Of a stretch of 64,000 nt of DNA, positions 35,266-47,800 are shown one piece after another. Within the stretch, counting starts at the first letter, position 1; the number at the start of each line of letters is the position of its first letter. The position numbers were made by a program, and so were the translations under genes. The stretch lies in NCBI RefSeq assembly GCF_902652985.1, contig NC_047016.1, positions 27,590,001 to 27,654,000 on the forward strand, written 5' to 3'. Source of the DNA: Pecten maximus (Eukaryota). The notes beneath the pieces were generated by a model that worked only from the letters and a program-made list of their open reading frames with translations, was not told where the DNA came from and searched no databases.

Positions 35266-36399
35266 AGATGTAAGATTATGTTGTGTATTCTAGCAGAATA
35301 TAACTTTTCATTATTTTGAACTATAGAATATTTTGTGAGCGATTTCTATGTCTAACAGTTATGCATATGATTGAAAATGTCATGGCTTTGTACCACATGT
35401 GATACAGCAAACGTTTTTCCTTCGGGAACGTCTGGAGTCTGATATTATTTCGTTTATTACAGTATCATTCATGTACCTATTGTTTTTTTTTTTAGCCTCA
35501 AGGAGTTCAGATTTTGTGCTTGTTCTAGCTGGCTGATTACATTGTTTTCTTTCATATAATCCCATATACCTATATCAAACAAGACTATGTTGTATACTAT
35601 TACAGCTATAAAGAAGTTATAATAGTTTCGCTTGGTTAGTCCGATCAGAACAATGGATCAATGTTACACTCAAACTGAAAACAAACATCTGTATTTCCAT
35701 GTCTGTTTAGTTAATATAGAATCATATTGATACATATCAATAAAATGTAGATATATAACATAGTCCTATGGACGGTATAACTTTGTTACAGATAAAACAA
35801 ATACCTTTGATAACCTTTTGAAATAAGGTTGTTTTCTTTTTGAGACTTAGTGTATATAACATTAGATAAATCGGCACATTTTCTTTTAACTGTTTCACAT
35901 AATTGATTATACATTTTTACCAGGTATACAACATAGACTATATTGTGATCGTATGTGAATGTATCACTTTACACTTACATATCAGCGAAGTATCTCCATT
36001 CCGCTTCATCAATACAGAATGCAAATCTTCACAATACTTACACTGTATATGTGCTATTCAATCTTTCGGATGACTATAATATCATACCAACGGATTCCAT
36101 ACTCATCAGTCATATATGAATGCTATCCATGGTATTGTCAAAACATTTTAAAGAAATAATTTACATTTCTGGATATGAAAAGGGACCACGTGTTTATTAA
36201 CAAACACATGTTCCCCTGGCCTTTATGACATACCGTTATACTCCAGCAAAGATATATGAGAGGATTAACTTAGTTATTCCTGTCAGTGTTGACGCTTTAA
36301 ATAAGAAAAGAAAAGCTCACAGCGGCGCTTTTTATTTGGGAAAGTAAATTATTCTCCAAGGGAGTGTGACAGTGAGGCGTGTACCATTTGAGGCATTAA

Positions 36400-36890
36400 A
36401 ACATGTCCCTCGCGCCTTTATTACTTTAGACACGCAAAACGCACGCCCCAAGAGCGTGTATTACTGAACAAATTAAAAGCATGCTTCGAGAACACTTTAG
36501 AGAACTAAAAGCACGCCCCTAGAGCATGTATTACATGAGAAAAAGTACAAGTAAGCCCCGAGGTTGTGTTTTACGTCAGAGAAAACATAAGCAAGGCGTG
36601 CCTGACAGTCGGTACCGTTTTATTCAAGCATTTACATGTAAGGTATCCCGAGAGCGTGTATTGCTTGAGACAAACTAAAAGCATGCACCGACAGCACTTG
36701 AGAGCAACTGTACTACTTGATACAAGCAGATGTCATAGCTTCAGAGCATGTAGGACTTGCTACAAGCTGATAGCATAGCACGAGAGCGTATTATGTGATA
36801 CAAGGGGATAGCATGGCCCGAGAGCATGTATTACTTGAAATAAGCTATTAACATAGCCCGAGAGCGTATTACGTGATACAAGCTAATAAC
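36400..36890 (+). repeat. Old degenerate ~40-45-bp tandem repeat
   Basis: Recurrent CCCGAGAGCGTGTATTAC(T)TGAGACAA..AAGCA units, about 10 copies. Confidence 0.7.
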
Positions 36891-37694
36891 ATACAAATGT
36901 TCATTCCCGTTTAGCGTGTTATGTCGATTATGGTCGGAGCTAACTTTTCTCTTTAACATATTATCAGAAAATATGTCAAGGTCAAGGTCTAAGTACGAGG
37001 TCAAATAAAGGTCAATAATAAAAAAAAGTAAATAAATATATATGAATAATTTTCGGGGATATGAACATTATTTACTTAAATGGAATGTGGAGGTTTTATG
37101 GTCGTGCGATAAAAAAATAACTCGGATATGGACAAAATAATGTACTTACAATGTAATTTCCTTATTCTCCTAAATCTTTACATATACAGATTTGATATTT
37201 GGCACATTAATAGCATGTACGTGTGCCTACAAACGTTGTTTTTCATTGACCCTGACCTTCGTTTAAGGTCACAGAGATCAAATGATCAAAAATAAAAAAA
37301 ATCACATCCTTTTAAAAAACAGTTTAATTTTAATCATATATAGAAGAGCATACACTTTTAAAAATGTGACCTTCGAAGTTCAAGATCACGGTAGACAAAT
37401 GACTGGTCAGAGAAGGGAAGCAAAGAGAAAACGGAGGGAAAACGAAGGTAAAATGTATTTAAGCGACCGTCAGATCGATAACATGCCTTACAACATTTCC
37501 TGGATGAAGATCTCGGGTTTTGATCTTGATCAAATCTAGTGGTTTGGCATTTGGAGAGTCGATCTCAATCTTACCAATTACAATTACAATGTGTATGCAA
37601 GACTAAGCAAGTCCACAGCAGTACTCGTGAATATCTTTTTACATTTAAAACAACAACTTGACTCACAACAGTAAACAAGGAAGAACTAACAGGA

Positions 37695-37900
37695 GTGTCT
37701 ACATTTGGAGTAACAGCCGAACTGTCGGTAGTATTCACTAGAGGGTTCTACAAATGGAGCAACAGCTGAACTGTCGGTAGTATTCACAAAGGGTTCTACA
37801 AATGGAGCAACAGCTGAACTGTCGGTAGTATTCACAGAGGGTTCTACATTTGGAGTAACAATCGAAACTACCGCAGTACTCGTTATTACCCGGAAGACGG
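37695..37900 (+). repeat. ~48-bp tandem repeat (about 4 copies) adjoining the satellite
   Basis: Unit GTTCTACAAATGGAGCAACAGCTGAACTGTCGGTAGTATTCACAGAGG. Confidence 0.85.
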
Positions 37901-37958
37901 AAGCGTTTCTACGTCAGGTGTATCAGTCAAACACTACCAACAGTATCCGCAAGTTTTT

Positions 37959-40900
37959 CTACGTTTGGAGTTACCGTCACAATACGTTTGGAGTTACTGT
38001 CACACTACGTTTGGAGTTACCGTCACACTACGTTTGGAGTTACTGTCACACTACGTTTGGAGTTACCGTCACACTACGTTTGGAGTTACTGTCACACTAC
38101 GTTTGGAGTTACTGTCACACTACGTTTGGAGTTACCGTCACAATACGTTTGGAGTTACCGTCACACTACGTTTGGAGTTACCGTCACACTACGTTTGGAG
38201 TTACCGTCACACTACGTTTGGAGTAACCGTCATACTACGTTTGGAGTTACCGTCACACTACGTTTGGAGTTACCGTCACACTACGTTTGGAGTTATTGTC
38301 GTACTACGTTTGGAGCTACCGCCGCACTACGTTTGGAGTTATTGTCGTACTACGTTTGGAGTTATCGTCACACTACGTTTGGAGTTACCGTCACACTACG
38401 TTTGGAGTTATTGTCGTACTACGTTTGGAGTTATCGTCACACTACGTCTGGAGTTACCGTCACACTACGTTTGGAGTTACCGTCACACTACGTTTGGAGT
38501 TACCGTCACAATACGTTTGGAGTTACCGTCACACTACGTTTGAAGTTACCGTTACACTACGTTTGGAGTTACCGTCACACTACGTTTGGAGTTATTGTCA
38601 CACTACGTTTGGAGTTACCGTTACACTACGTTTGGAGTTATTGTCGTACAACGTTTGGAGTTAATGTCACACTACGTTTGGAGTTACCGTCACACTACGT
38701 TTGGAGTTATCGTCACACTACGTTTGGAGTTATTGTCGTACTACGTTTGGAGTTATTGTCGTACTACGTTTGGAGTTACCGTCACACTACGTTTGGAGTT
38801 ACCGTCACACTACGTTTGGAGTTACCGTCACACTACGTTTGGAGTTACCGTCACACTACGTTTGGAGTTATTGTGGTACTACGTTTGCAGTTACCGTCAC
38901 ACTACGTCTGGAGTTACCGTCACACTACGTTTGGAGTTACCGTCACAATACGTTTGGAGATACCGTCGCACTACGTTTGGAGCTACCGTCGCACTACGTT
39001 TGGAGTAACCGTCACACTACGTTTGGAGTTACCGTCACACTACGTTTGGAGTTATCGTCACAATACGTTTGGAGTTACCGTCGCACTACGTTTGGAGTTA
39101 CCGTTACACTACGTTTGGAGTTACCGTCACACTACGTTTGGAGTTACCGTCACACTACGTTTGGAGTTACCGTCACAATACGTTTGGAGTTACCGTCACA
39201 CTACGTTTGGAGTTATTGTCGTACTACGTTTGCAGTTACCGTCACACTACGTTTGGAGTTACCGTCACACTACGTTTGGAGTTATTGTCGTACTACGTTT
39301 GCAGTTACCGTCACACTACGTTTGGAGCTACCGTCACACTACGTTTGGAGTTACCGTCACACTACGTTTGGAGTTACCGTCACACTACGTTTGGAGTTAT
39401 TGTCGTACTACGTTTGGAGTTATTGTCGTACTACGTTTAGAGTTACCGTCACACTACGTTTGGAGTTACTGTCACACTACGTTTGGAGTTATTGTCACAC
39501 TACGTTTGGAGTTACCGTCACACTACGTTTGGAGTTACTGTCACACTACGTTTGGAGTTACCGTCACACTACGTTTGGAGTTATTGTCGTACTACGTTTG
39601 GAGTTACCGTCACACTACGTTTGGAGTTACCGTCGTACTACGTTTGGAGTTACCGTCGTACTACGTTTGGAGTTACCGTCGCACTACGTTTGGAGTTATT
39701 GTCGTACTACGTTTGGAGTTATTGTCGTACTACGTTTAGAGTTACCGTCACACTACGTTTGGAGTTACCGTCGTACTACGTTTGGAGTTACCGTCGTACT
39801 ACGTTTGGAGTTACCGTCGCACTACGTTTGGAGTTATTGTCGTACTACGTTTGGAGTTATTGTCGTTGTACTACGTTTGGAGTTACCGTCACACTACGTT
39901 TGGAGTTACCGTCACACTACGTTTGGAGTTACCGTCACACTACATTTGGAGTTACCGTCACACTACGTTTGGAGTTATTGTCGTACTACGTTTGGAGTAA
40001 CCGTCACACTACGTTTGGAGTTACCGTCACACTACGTTTGGAGTTATTGTCGTACTACGTTTGGAGTTACCGTCACACTACGTTTGGAGTTACCGTAACA
40101 CTACGTTTGGAGTTACCGTCACACTACGTTTGGAGTTATTGTCGTACTACGTTTGGAGTTACCGTCACACTACGTTTGGAGTTACCGTCACACTACGTTT
40201 GGAGCTACCGTAACACTACGTTTGGAGTTACCGTCACACTACGTTTGGAGTTACCGTCGTACTACTTTTGGAGTTACAGTCACACTACGTTTGGAGTTAT
40301 TGTCGTACTACGTTTGGAGTTACCGTTACACTACGTTTGGAGTTACCGTCACACTACGTTTGGAGTTACCGTAACACTACGTTTGGAGTAACCGTCACAA
40401 TACGTTTGGAGTTACCGTTACACTACGTTTGGAGTTACCGTCACACTACGTTTGGAGTTACTGTCACAATACGTTTGGAGTTACCGTCACACTACGTTTG
40501 GAGTTACCGTCACAATACGTTTGGAGTTACCGTCACAATACGTTTGGAGTTACCGTCACACTACGTTTGGAGTTACCGTCACAATACGTTTGGAGTTATT
40601 GTCGTACTACGTTTAGAGTTACCGTCACACTACGTTTGGAGTTACCGTCGTACTACGTTTGGAGTTACCGTCGTACTACGTTTGGAGTTACCGTCGCACT
40701 ACGTTTTGAGTTATTGTCGTACTACGTTTGGAGTTATTGTCGTTGTACTACGTTTGGAGTTACCGTCACACTACGTTTGGAGTTACCGTCACACTACGTT
40801 TGGAGTTACCGTCACACTACATTTGGAGTTACCGTCACACTACGTTTGGAGTTATTGTCGTACTACGTTTGGAGTAACCGTCACACTACGTTTGGAGTTA

Positions 40901-43900
40901 CCGTCACACTACGTTTGGAGTTATTGTCGTACTACGTTTGGAGTTACCGTCACACTACGTTTGGAGTTACCGTAACACTACGTTTGGAGTTACCGTCACA
41001 CTACGTTTGGAGTTATTGTCGTACTACGTTTGGAGTTACCGTCACACTACGTTTGGAGTTACCGTCACACTACGTTTGGAGCTACCGTAACACTACGTTT
41101 GGAGTTACCGTCACACTACGTTTGGAGTTACCGTCGTACTACTTTTGGAGTTACAGTCACACTACGTTTGGAGTTATTGTCGTACTACGTTTGGAGTTAC
41201 CGTTACACTGCGTTTGGAGTTACCGTCACACTACGTTTGGAGTTACCGTAACACTACGTTTGGAGTAACCGTCACAATACGTTTGGAGTTACCGTTACAC
41301 TACGTTTGGAGTTACCGTCACACTACGTTTGGAGTTACTGTCACAATACGTTTGGAGTTACCGTCACACTACGTTTGGAGTTACCGTCACAATACGTTTG
41401 GAGTTACCGTCACAATACGTTTGGAGTTACCGTCACACTACGTTTGGAGTTACCGTCACAATACGTTTGGAGTTATCGTCACACTACGTTTGGAGTTACC
41501 GTCACACTACGTTTGGAGTTACCGTCACAATACGTTTGGAGTTACCGTCACAATACGTTTGGAGTTACCGTCACAATACGTTTGGAGTTACCGTTACACT
41601 ACGTGTGGAGTTACCGTCACAATACGTTTGGAGTTACCGTCACAATACGTTTGGAGTTACAGTCACACTACGTTTGGAGTTATTGTCGTACTACGTTTGG
41701 AGTTACCGTCACAATACGTTTGGAGTTACCGCCACAATACGTTTGGAGTTATTGTCGTACTACGTTTGGAGTTACCGTCACAATGCGTTTGGAGTTACCG
41801 TCACACTACGTTTGGAGTTACCGTCACAATACGTTTGGAGTTACCGTCACAATACGTTTGGAGTTATTGTCGTACTACGTTTGGAGTTACCGTCACAATA
41901 CGTTTGGAGTTACCGTCATAATACGTTTGGAGTTATCGTCACACTACGTTAGGAGTTACCGTCACACTACGTTTGGAGTTACCGTTACTCTACGTTTGGA
42001 GTTACCGTCGTACTACGTTTGGAGTTATCGTCACACTACGTTTGGAGTTACCGTTACACTACGTTTGGAGTTATTGTCGTACTACTTTTGGAGTTACCGT
42101 CACACTACGTTTGGAGTTACGGTCACACTACGTTTGGAGTTACCGTCACACTACGTTTGGAGTTACCGTTACACTACGTTTGGAGTTACCGTCACACTAC
42201 GTTTGGAATTACCGTCACAATACGTTTGGAGTTACCGTCACACTACGTTTGGAGTTACCGTTACACTACGTTTGGAGTTACCGTCACACTACGTTTGGAG
42301 TTATCGTCACACTACGTTTGGAGTTACCGTCACACTACGTTTGGAGTTACCGTCACAATACGTTTGGAGTTACCGTCACAATACGTTTGGAGTTACCGTC
42401 ACAATACGTTTGGAGTTACCGTTACTCTACGTTTGGAGTTACCGTCGTACTACGTTTGGAGTTATCGTCACACTACGTTTGGAGTTACCGTTACACTACG
42501 TTTGGAGTTACCGTCAGAATACGTTTGGAGTTACGGTCACACTACGTTTGGAGTTACCGTCACACTACGTTTGGAGTTACCGTTACACTACGTTTGGAGT
42601 TACCGTCACACTACGTTTGGAATTACCGTCACAATACGTTTGGAGTTACCGTCACACTACGTTTGGAGTTACCGTCACACTACGTTTGGAGTTACCGTCA
42701 CACTACGTTTGAAGTTACCGTCACACTACGTTTGGAGTTACCGTCACACTACGTTTGGAGTTACCGTCACAATACGTTTGGAGTTAACGTCACACTACGT
42801 TTGGAGTTACCGTCACAATACGTTTGGAGTAACCGTCACACTACGTTTGAAGTTACTGTCACACTACGTTTGGAGTTACCGTCATAATACGTTTGGAGTT
42901 ATCGTCACACTACGTTTAGAGTTACCGTCACAATGCGTTTGGAGTTACCGTCACACTACGTTTGGAGTTACCGTTACACTACGTTTGGAGTTACCGTCAC
43001 AATACGTTTGGAGTTACCGTCACACTACGTTTGGAGTTACAGTCACACTACGTTTGGAGTTACCGTCACACTACGTTTGGAGTTATTGTCGTACTACGTT
43101 TGAAGTTACCGTCACAATGCGTTTGAAGTTACTGTCACACTACGTTTGGAGTTACCGTCACACTACGTTTGGAGTTACCGTCTTACTACTTTTGGAGTTA
43201 CAGTCACACTACGTTTGGAGTTATTGTCGTACTACGTTTGGAGTTACCGTCACACTACGTTTGGAGTTACTGTCACACTACGTTTGGAGTTACCGTCACA
43301 CTACGTTTGGAGTTACCGTTACACTACGTTTGGAGTTACCGTCGTACTACTTTTGGAGCTACCGTCACACTACGTTTGGAGTTACCGGCACACTACGTTT
43401 GGAGTTACCGGCACACTACGTTTGGAGTTACCGTCGTACTACGTTTGGAGTTATTGTCGTACTACGTTTGGAGTTACCGTCACAATACGTTTGGAGTTAC
43501 CGTCGTACTACGTTTGGAGTTACCGTCACACTACGTTTTGAGTTACCGTCACACTACGTTTGGAGTTACCGTCACACTACGTTTGGAGTTACCGTCACAA
43601 TACGTTTGGAGTTACCGTCACAATACGTTTGGAGTTACTGTCACAATACGTTTGGAGTTACCGTCACACTACGTTTGGAGTTATTGTCGTACTACGTTTG
43701 GAGTTACCGTCACAATACGTTTGGAGTTACCGTCACACTACGTTTGGAGTTACCGTTACACTACGTTTGGAGTTACCGTCACACTACGTTTGGAGTTACC
43801 GTCACACTACGTTTGGAGTTACCGTTACACTACGTTTGGAGTTACCGTCACACTACGTTTAGAGTTACCGTCACACTACGTTTGGAGTTACCGTCGTACT

Positions 43901-44753
43901 ACTTTTGGAGTTACAGTCACACTACGTTTGGAGTTATTGTCGTACTACGTTTGGAGTTACCGTCACACTACGTTTGGAGTTACTGTCACACTACGTTTGG
44001 AGTTACCGTCACACTACGTTTGGAGTTACCGTCACACTACGTTTGGAGTTACTGTCACACTACGTTTGGAGTTACCGTTACACTACGTTTGGAGTTACCG
44101 TCACACTACGTTTGGAGTTACCGTTACACTACGTTTGGAGTTACTGTCACACTACGTTTGGAGTTATTGTCGTACAACGTTTGGAGTTACCGTCACACTA
44201 CGTTTGGAGCTACCGCCGCACTACGTTTGGAGTTACCGTCACACTACGTTTGGAGTTACCGTCACACTACGTTTGGAGTTACCGTCACAATACGTTTGGA
44301 GTTATTGTCGTACTACGTTTAGAGTTACCGTTACACTACGTTTGGAGTTACCGTCGTACTACTTTTGGAGTTACCGTCACACTACGTTTGGAGTTACCGT
44401 CACACTACGTTTGGAGTTACCGTTACACTACGTTTGGAGTTACTGTCACACTACGTTTGGAGTTACCGTCATACTACGTTTGGAGTTACTGTCACACTAC
44501 GTTTGGAGTTACCGTCACACTACGTTTGGAGTTACCGTTACACTACGTTTGGAGTTATTGTCGTACTACGTTTAGAGTTACCGTAACACTACGTTTGGAG
44601 TTATTGTCGTACTACTTTTGGAGTTACAGTCACACTACGTTTGGAGTTACCGTCGTACTACGTTTGGAGTTACCGTCACACTACGTTTGGAGTTATTGTC
44701 GTACTACGTTTAGAGTTACCGTAACACTACGTTTGGAGTTACCGTCACACTAC
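37959..44753 (+). repeat. 23-bp satellite array (~295 copies)
   Basis: Consensus CTACGTTTGGAGTTACCGTCACA with recurrent variants (TTATTGTCGTA, CACAATACG, CCGTTACA). No unique spacers. Confidence 0.98.
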
Positions 44754-44811
44754 CAGCAGTACACTTAAGCGTGAACTACGTTTAAAGTAACAGCCGAACT
44801 CTGAAAATGTG

Positions 44812-47800
44812 CTACATTCCGGAAAGAAAGCCACCGATGTTTATAGTGGGCATAGTGGGTATGATGCCGCTACCAGATACGAATTTCTGACAAATAAATG
44901 GGCCGAACGGTGTATCAGAGGGTGTGATAAAATAACCGATCTTCTGATTAAGAACAAGACTAGAATTACTATCAGGATTAAAGTATTTGGAATCTGGATT
45001 AGGCCATATGGTCATGGTATTCTGTGTTTGATCCTCGAACTGCCACTGCGATGCTGACACGTTGTAGGTACTCTGGATGAGATATTGGTTTAACGCTGAA
45101 ATGAAAATTGCGGAAAATTATACCTATGATATGTCTGAAAATATCAATTATGTCAAAATGTGTCAGAATAAGCCTGTTTGTGGCGTTGTGCTATGTACAG
45201 AGTATATCAAATCAACTTTTGACTTAATGTTATATGAAGAATTATCTAATTATATTTTAAGTACTGGTCATGTGCCCGGATCTTGGCTCATGGGAAAGAC
45301 TCGCAAGCGTTCATCAGTCATTCAATAAATGACCTTTTAACAACAATATAATTTTTGTTGTCTTTAATTTGCGAGTCATCTTTTTGCAACAAACAAGCTT
45401 CTTCATTCTCTGAACATGTTCCAGGCTTAAACAAATACATTTTTGAAATATTCTAACCTTTGACATCTGAAAGTATATCTTCGGGTTTATTTTACCCAGA
45501 CTGGTTTAACACAATTTAATATCAAACAACGATATAAAAAAGGTGTTAAAGCCATTATGGTGATATTGCCAAATGTCGAGATCATAATTTGACTATAGAT
45601 TGTCAACTTGACACATTTGGTAAAGCTATCAGACCTATTTTTTATATGGAAGTTGATATTAATGTTGAAGTGAGAATGATTGGATTTTTGGCTAAATTGA
45701 CTAAAAATAAACAGAATAAGCTAAGCAATGAACTATTAACAATTGTGTCATAATATAACTCGTCCTGGTTAAAATGTAAAAAAAATATATATGAAGAATG
45801 TAGGTTGTTAGATATATTTTTAAAAAATAGTTAAGATTTTTCAAGTAAAAATTGGTTGAAGAGTAATATATCTTATAAACTTAATGCAATTTTTTTAGCT
45901 AGCTGAATAAATTAATTTTTTACTTCTTCTAAATGAATCCAACATAGAATCTATAAGACTGAACTTCGTTTAAAGAATTATCTACCAGCACTCCTACCAA
46001 ACTAGCTAAAGCTTACTGTAAATTTAGAACGGATAATACAAAAATACCAACCGCATCCTGTTTTTCCATGTATTATTGTTATCCATTTTTAATGTTCATA
46101 TTCTCTGCGCTGTACTGTTTATGAGAATAAACAATTATCATTATCATTGAGAAAAAGATACGTCCTTGATAACACATTGTTTAACAAACGTTGGTCTATT
46201 ATAAAATCTTTTTTTAACGCAAGCTCTGTCAATGTAACATATAAAGGATTTAGAATATGGAGTCTGGCTTACGCTACTTACCTTTCATGTGTAGGAATAA
46301 ATACAAATTCGTATCGTGTTCTCGTTAAATGCTTTTAACATGTCACTTTAATGACAGGACATATCGATACTTCGCACTCTGAAGAAATCGACACTTTCTA
46401 TACTCGTGAATTATAAATGATTTGAACGGAATCAACAGCTATTGATTACCGATAGGTTGAATATATCACATCATTATCGCGGATCGTGAACTAGAGTAAC
46501 ATTCATTTCGGAACAACGAGTATTAGCTGTTCAATAGTATAATACAGGTTCGAGTTAATGTTTCGAAATAAAAACCATTACAAAACACAGCATACTCTCT
46601 TTTCCTTATTTTCTACCAATAAATACAGTAATCAGTATAGCACAACGGTTTAAAGGATACTAAAACAATAATGAATGATAGGCGTTATTCTTGGATTTAA
46701 CCAATAAATAAAGGACAGTGAGAACAGTGGATTAGCCTAATCTGTTCTGGTAAAACAGTAAGATTACTTTTTTCTGTAAAAAAAAATGATGGAAACATCG
46801 ATGAAACAGCTGTGTTTGAAATCGATCCATTTTTGACTGGAACCAATCAGACCGAGGTTCGTTGGATACATCAGTTAAATTAATGTGTCGAATTAACAGA
46901 GAAGGAATATCCTTTCCCACAGTATCGTTACGTTACGTATTGAACTATTTTATTATTTTTTTTTTATATTTCTCAGGAGGTCACAGTATCATATTGAGGG
47001 ACCACATTTTGTATTCTAATGCTGAGTTCTTTGATCACCCTTATTTAGATAGATTTAATTTGACAGTCCTTACAGTTGATGTATCTGTATAATGCACAAT
47101 ATTTATCGTTATGTTGAACCCTTACCGAGAAATGACATAAGATACTGCAATTGTCCTAGGTTTTCGAGCCGCAGGAGGTATGCGCGATCCTCCAGACATA
47201 TGGATTTGGCGTCATTGTAAAAGGCGGAGATATCGTACTCTTTGAAACAAAAATTCATTGTAGAGTCGTATACATAATCGTCATCGGCCTCTTCACATAC
47301 ATCTGAAACAAGACCACATTAGATCATGAATTTTAAATGTTTTTATTGTGTGCTTAAAGCAATGAGTTTATTTACGTGGAATATGCTATGGCAAACATTA
47401 TGAAAAAAAAAAAAATCAACACACACATGATAACATCACGTGACCTTTCAAACACATGCATGTACCACGTGACCTTACAAACACAGCCATGTTTCACGTG
47501 ATCTTACAAGCAAATACAACATTTTCTACAGCCACATTAAGTTTGTAATATACGTCTACATTCAAACTGGGATATATACATGTCCCTGATTCAATACATA
47601 CAGTATATAGATTAAATATATATGTCCGCTTGTGTTTAATTCGCGGTATTGATTACTGTTAATTCTACCACGTTTGCTATATATGTAACGTCAAAAAAAA
47701 TGTGTATGATTTGCCAGTAATCCACTCTCGTGTCAATAATACACGCTCGTGAGACAATGCTGTTACAATCTTTCTCCTCCAGAATCATACATTTGTAAAC

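Noticed and set aside
37959-44753. CRISPR-like array of short repeats
   Set aside because: Monomers are contiguous with no unique spacers, no cas genes are present, and the context is eukaryotic. The same applies to the 21-, 26- and 39-bp arrays.
37918-44768. Dozens of long ORFs (up to 767 aa, LELPSHYVWSYRHTTFGVTVTLR repeats)
   Set aside because: They arise because the 23-bp monomer lacks stops on the + strand. All three frames give the same cyclic peptide and nearly all starts are TTG.
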